Source of the DNA: an uncultured Acidobacteriota bacterium
Lineage (GTDB): Bacteria > Acidobacteriota > Thermoanaerobaculia > Thermoanaerobaculales > Sulfomarinibacteraceae
Length of the DNA stretch: 64,000 nucleotides
Assembly (NCBI GenBank): GCA_963712805.1
Contig: CAVQJV010000050.1
Location: 15,536-79,535 of the forward strand
Reading direction: 5' to 3'
Shown here: one piece after another, positions 18,997-27,353 of the stretch
How positions within the stretch are numbered: the first letter of the stretch is position 1
Layout: the number at the start of each line of letters is the position of its first letter
Notes under the pieces: generated by a model
The model's input: the letters and a program-made list of their open reading frames with translations, nothing else
What the model was told of the DNA's origin: nothing
The model's database searches: none
Program-made: the position numbers and the translations under genes

Positions 18997-19590
18997 TCAT
19001 GACAACCCCGGGCGCGTCGCGACATCGGCGGGAAGCTCGCCCAGCAGTAATACCTGAAAGAGGCGTCCGGCGAGGATCGCTTTGATCGCGCTGGGCGCTT
19101 CGGAGTCACACAGGGGGGCGGTGATCCGGTCGAGCAGTTGTCTCCTCTCGGGGGCATCGAGGTCGGGATTGGCCTCCGCCGTCCATTGCCAGAGCCGATG
19201 GTAGAGCGTCCACGCGACATCCCGGAACAGCGCGGCGAGCTCGCCCTCCTGCGCCCGGACATACTGGCGGGAGGCAAGGACCATCAGCCCCTCGCTGATG
19301 CCTCCCGTCAGCACCCGCATGGCCAGGTCTTTGGGGTTGGGGGATTCGAAGAGTTGCTCCAATACCACTCCACCGATGGCGCCGATATCGAGCTTGGAGG
19401 CGAGGTGGTTGAGATCGCGCGATGAGGTCGCGGTGGCGAACCGATCGAGAAATGCGTGGAACTCACCGATGATCTCGAGCGCCCGATCGTCGGGCGACGC
19501 GCCGTCCTCGAGGAGATCCGCGCGGAGCGTCCTGAGCACTGCCGGGGTCGGTGTGGTCAAGGCGGTCTCGAGCGATCGACGTCTGGGCAT
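18997..19590 (-). CDS. Hypothetical helical protein, first gene of the lipid operon
   Basis: Intact 197-aa ORF with coding-like composition, 28 nt upstream of the DUF2079 gene. No motif recognised. Confidence 0.5.
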   Translation of the reverse strand: MPRRRSLETALTTPTPAVLRTLRADLLEDGASPDDRALEIIGEFHAFLDRFATATSSRDLNHLASKLDIGAIGGVVLEQLFESPNPKDLAMRVLTGGISEGLMVLASRQYVRAQEGELAALFRDVAWTLYHRLWQWTAEANPDLDAPERRQLLDRITAPLCDSEAPSAIKAILAGRLFQVLLLGELPADVATRPGLS

Positions 19591-19684
19591 CGTCCTCCTC
19601 CTGTCAGCCTGGCTGGTTCGCTACACTGTGCTACCACGAGCCATGTTATCAACGCAGGGGCTCCGATGAGAACGGAGGCGTGAA

Positions 19685-20587
19685 ATGCCGCGATTGACGA
19701 CCATCGACCTTGGGTTTCAGGGATTCAGCCAGGTGATTGCAGCGTATGCCGCACCGACGGGGGACGGCCGGTTCGTCCTCTTCGAGAGCGGTCCGGCGAG
19801 CTCGGTCGAGGCCGTGGAGCGGGCCATCGTCGAACTCGGGTTCGAAATCGGTGATCTCGCGGCGATCTTCGCGACCCACGTTCACCTCGACCACTCGGGC
19901 GGCGCCGGGGTGCTCGCGCGCCGCACCGGCTGCACCGTCTACGCCCATCCGGCCGGGGTGGCGCATCTGATCGACCCCGGCGCCAAGCTTCTGCCGAGCG
20001 CCGAGCGACTCTACGGCGACCGGCTCATCCCCCTGTGGGGAAAGACCGAGGGCGTACCCTCGCGACAGTTGAGGACCGCGGGACACGGCGAAAAGATCGG
20101 GCTCGGCTCACTCGAGGTCGTTTCCTGGCACACCCCGGGCCACGCGGTGCACCACATCGCCTGGCAGGTCGGCGGCGACGTGGTCACCGGCGATGTCGGC
20201 GGGATCCGGTTCCCGGGCGCGGATCACGTCGCGCCGCCGATGCCGCCACCGGACATCGATGTCGAGCTTTGGCGGAAGAGCCTCGATCTTCTTCGGTCGC
20301 TCGAACCCGATCGGTTGTTGTTGACGCACTATGGCGCGTTTTCCGATCCGGTGCGTCACCTCGATGAACTCGAGGAACGACTGCTGGGTTGGACCGCCAT
20401 CGCCGAGGCGACGGTGGCGGCAGGGGGCGACCGCAAGGACCTCGCCGGCGCGCTCCAGACCCTCGACGAGGGCGAACTCGCCGCCGAGTCGCTGCCCGAC
20501 GACATCATCGCCCGCTATCGCCACCTCTGCCCCATGCCCGAGAACTCCGCGGGGTTGTACCGGTATGTCGTGAAACGGACGGCGTGA
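19685..20587 (+). CDS. MBL-fold metallo-hydrolase
   Basis: Intact 300-aa ORF with HVHLDHSGG (HxHxDH) and a later HTPGH. Confidence 0.8.
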   Translation: MPRLTTIDLGFQGFSQVIAAYAAPTGDGRFVLFESGPASSVEAVERAIVELGFEIGDLAAIFATHVHLDHSGGAGVLARRTGCTVYAHPAGVAHLIDPGAKLLPSAERLYGDRLIPLWGKTEGVPSRQLRTAGHGEKIGLGSLEVVSWHTPGHAVHHIAWQVGGDVVTGDVGGIRFPGADHVAPPMPPPDIDVELWRKSLDLLRSLEPDRLLLTHYGAFSDPVRHLDELEERLLGWTAIAEATVAAGGDRKDLAGALQTLDEGELAAESLPDDIIARYRHLCPMPENSAGLYRYVVKRTA

Positions 20588-20597
20588 TCGTAACGGA

Positions 20598-21170
20598 CCA
20601 CAGATAGCGGAATTGCATCTCATCTCATCGCAGGGTGGCATCGCAAAGAGCGCCAAGAACATCCATCGCAAAGACGCGCAAAGCCATCGCAGTTGAGAGT
20701 GGGCGACGCGAAACTTGAAGGTCATCTAACTTCGTGTTGGCGGGCTCCCAGCCGATGTGAGTCTGAAGGGCGGGCTGGAAGCCCGCCTCCACAACATCGC
20801 AGCCGGCGGTGATCATTCCGCGATCTATTTCAGCGCCTGCGGCAGGCGCTGCTGTCAGAGCCAGAATGCACTGCAACTGTCGCGGTCGCAGGCCTTTCCC
20901 ACAGTCCACCAGGGCGCCTGCGATACCCGAGATCCTGATCTGCGGTGATTGTGGGGTAGGCTTCCAGCCTGCCCGTAGGGTGGGCCTGGGCCCACCTTCA
21001 GACACCTCCCGGTCGAGAAAACGCCAACAGCGAAGTCGGAGAACCCCCAATCCACGGCCAGCACACTCTCAACCGCGATGGGGCGATGTCTCTGCGCCTT
21101 TGCGTCTTTGCGCCTCTGCGTTGAAATGCGATGTTGCGACGGCATCTGTGTCCATCTGTGTGATCTGTGG
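20598..21170. repeat. Large imperfect palindromic element: ~107/110-nt word-built arms around a ~355-nt core
   Basis: Left arm 20598-20704 and the reverse complement of right arm 21061-21170 both begin CCACAGAT and end CATCGC(A/G)GTTGAGAGTG. They share GCGCAAAGACGC words. The core holds further hairpins (GGCGGGCTGGAAGCCCGCC; GGTGGGCCTGGGCCCACC). Confidence 0.8.
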
Positions 21171-21194
21171 GCCGCAGCGCTGTGCGATGATCCT

Positions 21195-21229
21195 ATCCAG
21201 CATCCAGCATCCAGCATCCAGCATCCAGC
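21195..21229. repeat. Tandem heptamer (ATCCAGC)x5 abutting the stop codon of the BNR gene
   Basis: Five exact copies at 21195-21229. The TAA stop (complement of 21230-21232) follows directly. Confidence 0.9.
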
Positions 21230-23794
21230 TTACGGCGCGACACGTCCTCCGCCCTGCCTTGGTGCTTCCTGAGCCGGGGCGAGATCGACTCTCCAGGCAC
21301 CGCGGCCGTGGGTGAAGGCGAATAGCATCGGCCGTCCGTCGGGGCCGTCGCCGATGGCGAGCCACTCGGTCACGGCATTGGCGAAACCGGTGTTCTCCAC
21401 CGCCCAGGTGAGACCGCCATTGCCCGAGGTGAAGACCCCGAGATCGGTGCCGATATAGATCCGACGGACATTGTCGGGATCGACGACCACCGAGTGCACC
21501 GGGATGTCGGGAATCGCCGACGCCGCGCTTCCGTCGATGGCTTCCCAGGTCTCGCCGAAGTCGTCGGACCGCCAGACGTGCCGGCCGCCGAAACCCGCGT
21601 AGGTGGCGTAGACCACGTCCTGGGACCCCGGTTCGAATGCCAGTGAACTCACAAATCCCGCCCTCGGTCGGGCCGATTCCCAGGTGCTCGATCCGGTGGT
21701 CGTCAGGGCGCTCTCCGAGCGGTAGACATCGCCTTCGCTGGAGCCGGCGATGACCCGCTGCGAGTTGCCGGGCGCGACCGCGATGGCGCTGATCTGACCC
21801 GGGTCCGATGGGACTCCTGCTCGCGTCGTACCAGTACGACCCTCCGTTGTTGGTCCGCCACAGACCGTGGCCGCCGGTCCAGAGCCGTTGCGGCTCGTTG
21901 GGATCCATGGTGAAGGGCGTGATGAAGAGGAATCCGTCATCATCGACGCCCCTGGCGGCGGAGGTGAAGGTCGATCCGCCATCGGTCGACTTGACGAATC
22001 CGAACCGCTGGCTCTCGGCATAGACCAGGTTCGGCGAGATGGGATCGACCGCGGTGTAGCCGCCGTCGCCGCCGTGGACGAATCTCCAGTCTTCGGGACC
22101 GGGGCCGTCGGCGCCGATGACGGTGCCGTTGTCCTGGGCGCCGGCGATATACCGCTCGCCGCCCGGGTAGGGGGTCCCGTGATAGAACTGGGTGATCCCC
22201 ATGTTGTTGTTGTAGCTCTGGAAAAAGACCCTCGATGTGCCGGGGTTGCAGATCCCGTCGAGGTCCTGTGAGATCGGAGAGTAGGGGTTGTCGGTGGAAA
22301 AGATACCGCCGTCACCCGCGGTGAACATCCTGGTGTTGCCGACTCCGTCGAAGTCGGGGTGAAAGACGATGGCGTGCTGGTCGGCGTGGGCAAAGCTCGG
22401 GTCCTCGACCCGCAGCCCACCAGTAGGAGGCGATGCCCCAATCCCGCCCGGCGTTGTCGGATCGGAAGAGATCGACCCCCGCCGCCCAGACCACATCGGG
22501 GTTGACGGGATCGACGGCGATGACGTTGCAGTACCACCCCATGGGGACCCATGAGTTGTACGACGCCCAGCCGCAGTCGGTGTAGGACGAGGTGATGGGG
22601 TTGGTCAGCAGCAGGGTGTTGACCCTGTTCGGATCGGTGTTGTCGACCTGAACGACCCAGCTGCCCGCCGCACCGCCGTTCGTCGAACGATAGACCGCGT
22701 GCAGCGCCTGCTCGAAGAGACCGTTGGGGCCCGGCACGTTGGACGCCGCCAGGGCGTAGATGGTGTTCTGCCGGGAGGGTGCGATGGCGAGGGTGGTTCG
22801 GCCCATCCCGGGCTCGGAGAGCACGGGCTCCCAGTTGGCGCCGGTGGCGATCTTGCGGCGGTAGACAGTGGCCTGGCCGAGGGTGCCGCAGGAGGCGAAG
22901 ACCCAGTCGTTGGCGAGGTCGGTGCGGACCTCGAGGTCGAGGCAGCCGCCCTTCTGAGTCGCCACCAGAGAGTGTTCCCAGCTGGCGCCGCTGTCGGTCG
23001 AGATATGGACGCCGGTCCGGGTCGCGGCGTAGATTCGATCGGGATCCTTGGTGCTGACGATGAGATCGTTGACCCAGTGGAAGTCCTCGTTGTCGGTGCT
23101 CTCGAGTCGCTGCCACGTGACGGCGCCGTCGTGCGAGACGAAGATCCCCGCACCGCGGAGGGGGAGCCAGGTGCCCCGAACCTCTTCGCGGAAGTAGCCC
23201 TCGCCGGTGCCGATATAGATGGTCTCGGGATCATCGGGTCGCATGGCCATGGAGTTGACGGCGATGTTGGCGATCTCGTCGGCCATGGGGGCCCAGTATT
23301 GGCCGCCGTTCGTGGTCTTCCAGACGCCGCCGGACACACCCGCGGCATACATGATCTCCGGCTGTGTGGGGTGGATGATGAGCGCCCGGGTGCGGCCGCC
23401 GACGTTGCCCGGACCCAGGGTCTCCCAGACCCCGAGGAGGCGCTTTGCGGCAAACGCGGCCAGTCCGAAGGGCGTGGCTGGCGGCCGGGTTTCGATCTCA
23501 CCGCCGAGCCGTGACGAGTATCGGGGCATCCGGTTCATATTGTGCCATCGCGGTGCGGTAGGCGGCCTGCGCGTCGAATCCTGGACCGGGGCCCTGTCGC
23601 TTCCGCCAGTAGAGTTCCGCGGCCGCATCCGGTTCCTCGTAGGGTTTGGTGGTCGCCGCTGAATGGCGCTGGATCGAGGCGCGAATGGTCTCGTTCGGCG
23701 GTTCGGAAGCCTCGGCAAGATCCGCTCCGACGATGACGACGAAACCCATTGCCAGTGCACATGCAATGCAAATCCGGAACCCCAACCTCGTCAT
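21230..23794 (-). pseudogene. Secreted BNR/Asp-box repeat protein (sialidase-fold/Sortilin-like), 3 frameshifts
   Basis: Signal MTRLGFRICIACALAMGFVV. Eight SxDxGxTW-type boxes are spread over four ORF pieces (TTNGGQYWAP, SHDGAVTWQR, STDSGASWEH, SDNAGRDWG, STDGGSTFTS, TNNGGSYWYD, SDDFGETWEA, SGNGGLTWAV). Shifts lie near 23520, 22420 and 21790. Confidence 0.75.
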
Positions 23795-24038
23795 ACCTTC
23801 ACCTCCGCGGCCGACACTCGGGTCACTTAAAGGAATGTACGCGACCCGCCGGTGAATGTTTGGCCATTGCACCCGCTCACACTCAAGTATGCGACGTATG
23901 CAGGCGGACACCGCAACCGCGAGTGTGCCGGATGACCCCAAGGCTCGGATGAGGTTGAACCCGGATCCGCCGATGGCGTATCTCCCGATGCACGGATCGA
24001 CGGTCACCCTTCTGTTAGGATGATCTCATCAGCGGAGG

Positions 24039-25778
24039 TTGGAAATGGCAAAGGCACGCTCGGTCATTCTTGGTGTTGGATGTTTGATCCTCGTGTTGGG
24101 TGTTGTGCTGGTGGCGGTCGTGGTTCGTGGGCTGTCGAAACCCGGGCTGCCCTCGAAGGTCGTGCTCGCCATCAACCTCGCCGGCCCCATCGTCGAGGTG
24201 ACCGCCGACGACCCCTTCGCGGAGATCTTCGGCGATCAACCGCTCGGCATGCAGAATCTCAGGTGGGTGCTGAATCGGGCCGCGGACGACGACCGTGTGG
24301 TCGGGGTCCGGCTGAGAATCGGCGATTTCGGCGGTGGATTCGCCATGACCCAGGAGCTTCGGGATCTCATCCAGAACGTCCGGGCAAGCGGCAAATGGAC
24401 ATCGGCCTATCTCGACACCGCGGGTGAGTTCGCTCCCGGAAACTCGCTCTACTACCTCGCGTCGGCGTGCGACGAGATCTCGCTCCACCCGGGCGGCGAT
24501 GTCAACCTCATCGGTTTTTCGGTGCGCTCGCCATTTCTCCGGGGCACCTTCGACAAGCTCGGCATTCGGCCGGAGTTTCCGGGTCGCGGCGACTACAAGA
24601 CCGCGCGGTTCATGTACACGGAACGGGATTTCACCCCCGCAGCCCGTGAGATGACCGACTGGCTCGTCGGATCGCTCTTTGATCAACTGGTCGAAGGGGT
24701 CGCCCAGGGAAGGGTTCTGGCGCCGGACGAGGTTCGCAACCTCATCGATCGTGGGCCCTTCCTCGGTGAGGAAACCCAGGAGGCCGGACTGGTCGACCAC
24801 CGCGAGGACTGGACCACGTTTACCGGCCGGATCGAGGACAAGGCGGGCTCGGCCAAAGTCGTCGGTCTGCACCAGTACCTCGCGGGTGGGGGTTCGTCAT
24901 CGCGTGGTGCGAAGATCGCCGTGGTCACCGGCGTCGGCGGCATCATGCGCGGCGAGAGCCGGCGTCAGTTCAGCCCGCTCTTCGGCATGAGCGACGTCAT
25001 GGGCGCCGAGACCATTGCCTCCGCCTTCCGCGCCATCCGCAAGGACAACGAGATCAAGGCGGTCGTCTTCCGCGTCGACTCCCCGGGAGGCAGCGCGCTG
25101 GCATCGGAGATCATCCGGGAGGAAATGGCCCGGACAGCCGAGAAGATCCCCGTGGTCGTCTCCATGGGCAACGTCGCGGGCTCGGGCGGCTATTGGGTCA
25201 CCTGCGGCGCTCAGGCCATCGTCGCCGAGCCTGGCACCATCACGGGTTCCATCGGGGTGCTCACCGGTCACCTCAACATGGAGAGCTTCTACAACGACAA
25301 GCTCGGAATCACCTTCGGCAAGGCCGATTTCGGCGCCAACGCCGATATCTACGGCGAACTCGAAGATTGGAACGACCAGCAGCGGGCCATCGTCGACCGC
25401 GTGCTGGATAAGATCTACGACCGTTTCGTGACCCTTGTGTCCGAGTCTCGCGGGATGACCTGGGACGAAGTCGACGCCATCGGTCGGGGCCGGGTCTTCA
25501 CCGGCATCCAGGGAGTGGAGAACGGCCTCGTGGATATGGTCGGCGGCTTCGACACCGCGCTCGAGGAGGCCAAGCGATTGGCCGAGATCGATCTCGATGC
25601 CACGGTCCGGTTGGTGAACTACCCCAAGGCCCAACCCTGGTGGCGGCAGATCGTCAACAGGAAATCGGATGATCAGGTCGCCATCGAGTCGATGCTCAAC
25701 GACTATCAGAGCTTTGTGACCACCGGCCGGGTTCCGTTCCAGGGAGAGGTCCGGATGGTGCCGTTGGTCATTCAGTAG
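24039..25778 (+). CDS. sppA: Signal peptide peptidase SppA, 67K (two-domain) type
   Basis: Intact 579-aa ORF with an N-terminal TM and duplicated S49 domains. The second contains MGNVAGSGGYWV. Confidence 0.85.
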   Translation: MEMAKARSVILGVGCLILVLGVVLVAVVVRGLSKPGLPSKVVLAINLAGPIVEVTADDPFAEIFGDQPLGMQNLRWVLNRAADDDRVVGVRLRIGDFGGGFAMTQELRDLIQNVRASGKWTSAYLDTAGEFAPGNSLYYLASACDEISLHPGGDVNLIGFSVRSPFLRGTFDKLGIRPEFPGRGDYKTARFMYTERDFTPAAREMTDWLVGSLFDQLVEGVAQGRVLAPDEVRNLIDRGPFLGEETQEAGLVDHREDWTTFTGRIEDKAGSAKVVGLHQYLAGGGSSSRGAKIAVVTGVGGIMRGESRRQFSPLFGMSDVMGAETIASAFRAIRKDNEIKAVVFRVDSPGGSALASEIIREEMARTAEKIPVVVSMGNVAGSGGYWVTCGAQAIVAEPGTITGSIGVLTGHLNMESFYNDKLGITFGKADFGANADIYGELEDWNDQQRAIVDRVLDKIYDRFVTLVSESRGMTWDEVDAIGRGRVFTGIQGVENGLVDMVGGFDTALEEAKRLAEIDLDATVRLVNYPKAQPWWRQIVNRKSDDQVAIESMLNDYQSFVTTGRVPFQGEVRMVPLVIQ

Positions 25779-25885
25779 GCGAGGAAGCTGTGAGCAATCA
25801 GCCGTGAGCCGTCAGCTCCATCGCAGGCGGCTTCCTGGCGTCTAAGAGTGTGAACTCTGTCCCTCGGGAATTCGTGGGGTTCGCA

Positions 25886-26043
25886 TTTGAAACACAAAGG
25901 ACACAATGGGCCACGAAGGTCCCACGAAGCATCGCAAAATTGACCCGGGCCCATTCTGCTCCTGAAGGTTTGGGCCCCTCTGCGATGGGTCAAAAATGAC
26001 TTGGTGTTCCCTTCGTGTTTCTTGGTGGCCTTTGTGTTTCAAA
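25886..26043. repeat. Palindromic word-repeat element (CACAAAG/CACGAAG words)
   Basis: Arm TTTGAAACACAAAGGACACAATGGGCCACGAAGG (25886-25919) pairs with CCTTCGTGTTTCTTGGTGGCCTTTGTGTTTCAAA (26010-26043). The core carries nested GGGCCC...GGGCCC symmetry. A CCATCGCAG box lies at 25818. Confidence 0.8.
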
Positions 26044-26130
26044 ACGCCGGCATCGATGATCCGAATGACGTTGAAACCACCCGTAGGTCCTGCCGGATCG
26101 AGAGACTGCGATGGAGCTGGAAGCGAACAG

Positions 26131-27126
26131 CTAAGGGCTTACGCCTGCCTCCGCAGTCCACCTCGCGACGATATCAGCCACGGGTTCGACGGCGTCGATC
26201 CCGGCGACGCTCTTGCCGGCCTGGAGATAGTCGCGGTGCGACACCACCCCGCGCTGGTTGGCGCGTTTGAGACGGATGACCGAGCGGATCGAGTACAAGG
26301 CGCGGACCCAGTGCTTGACCCTGGGGTGGGTGAGCAGCCAGTGCTCGAAGCGGCCGGCCTCGGTGCCCTCGCGCTCGACCATTTCCGTCCGGATGACCGA
26401 CACCGGGACACCGGTGATCTTGTGGGTCAGAACGATGTCGTCCTCGTTCGCCTCGATGATCGCCTGTTTGTACCCGGTCGATTCGGAGCACTCGGTGGTG
26501 GCGATGAGCCGGGTGCCGATCTGCACCCCGACGTACCCGAGGTCGAGGGCGTGGCGGTAGGCGGCGGCATCGCCGATCCCGCCGGCGCAGACCACCGGCA
26601 GCCCGAGATCGCCGATCTCGTCGAGAAGCTCTTCAGGGGAACGCGAGCCCGCGTGGCCGCCGGCGCGACCGTTGACCGCGATGAGGCCGTGAACTCCGCC
26701 CTGAATCGCCTTGTCGGCCCACTTCCTCTCGGTGACATCATGGAAGACGATTCCGCCGTGGGGCGCCACCGCATCGACGATCCAGCGGGGGTTGCCGAGG
26801 GAGGAGACAAAGAACCGGACGCCCTCCTCGACGGCGATCTCGAGCCACTGCCGCATCCGCTCCAAATAGCGGTCCGATGACTTCTCGGTGAGGACGTTCA
26901 TCCCGATGGGACCGTCGGTGAGACTCCGGATCCGGCGCACTCCCTCGCGGAAATCGAGACCGTGGACATAGACCAGAGACACCGGCTGCAACACGCCGAT
27001 ACCGCCCGCGGATGATACCGCCGCCACCAACTCGGGGTTCGAGCATGGATACATGGCGCCGCCGATGATGGGGTGGCGGATGCCGAGCATTTCGGTGAGG
27101 ATCCTCGTGTCTTGGGGTGATGTCAT
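26131..27126 (-). CDS. Nitronate monooxygenase / FabK-like FMN oxidoreductase
   Basis: Intact 331-aa ORF with MLGIRHPIIGGAMYPCSNPELVAAVSSAGGIGVLQ and GGIGDAAAY, typical of the NMO family. Confidence 0.75.
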   Translation of the reverse strand: MTSPQDTRILTEMLGIRHPIIGGAMYPCSNPELVAAVSSAGGIGVLQPVSLVYVHGLDFREGVRRIRSLTDGPIGMNVLTEKSSDRYLERMRQWLEIAVEEGVRFFVSSLGNPRWIVDAVAPHGGIVFHDVTERKWADKAIQGGVHGLIAVNGRAGGHAGSRSPEELLDEIGDLGLPVVCAGGIGDAAAYRHALDLGYVGVQIGTRLIATTECSESTGYKQAIIEANEDDIVLTHKITGVPVSVIRTEMVEREGTEAGRFEHWLLTHPRVKHWVRALYSIRSVIRLKRANQRGVVSHRDYLQAGKSVAGIDAVEPVADIVARWTAEAGVSP

Positions 27127-27161
27127 GTCTGGGATGGTAGTACATGTTCTGAGTTTGGAGC

Positions 27162-27260
27162 TTAGGAGTTAGGAGTTAGGAGGTTAGCAGGTTTCATATC
27201 TCCTCACTCCATCGCAGCGACCGGAGGGAGCGCTGACTCCTAACTGGCGAGCGAAGCGAG
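27162..27260. repeat. Mosaic intergenic element in a divergent promoter region
   Basis: (TTAGGAG)x3 at 27162-27182 is the reverse complement of TAACTCC repeats at 58917-58935. A CCATCGCAG box lies at 27209. The 21-mer GCGACCGGAGGGAGCGCTGAC (27217-27237) and 20-mer 27241-27260 match 5678-5698 and 5707-5726 inverted, in swapped order. Confidence 0.85.
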
Positions 27261-27353
27261 AGCTCGCTTCCACTTCTCAGGCGCGGAGCTGGCTTCCCGC
27301 CCAGCCCCAAGAGATCGATCCGGGTCTGCGGCACCTCACAGCCGCGCTATCCT

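Noticed and set aside
18969-19277. N-terminal extension making the DUF2079 ORF 730 aa. The same issue affects 15520..15717 (plsC), 17072..17293 (CDP-alcohol transferase) and 16467..16574 (cdsA)
   Set aside because: The extensions are Arg/Ser/Pro-rich and overlap the upstream gene. Internal starts have an RBS and stop-start overlaps (TGATG, GTGA), giving normal-length proteins.
21195-21229. Possible CRISPR array or other spacer-repeat structure (also considered for 27162-27182 and 35916-36110)
   Set aside because: These are contiguous heptamers or two long direct units without unique spacers. There are no cas genes, and repeat lengths are wrong for CRISPR.
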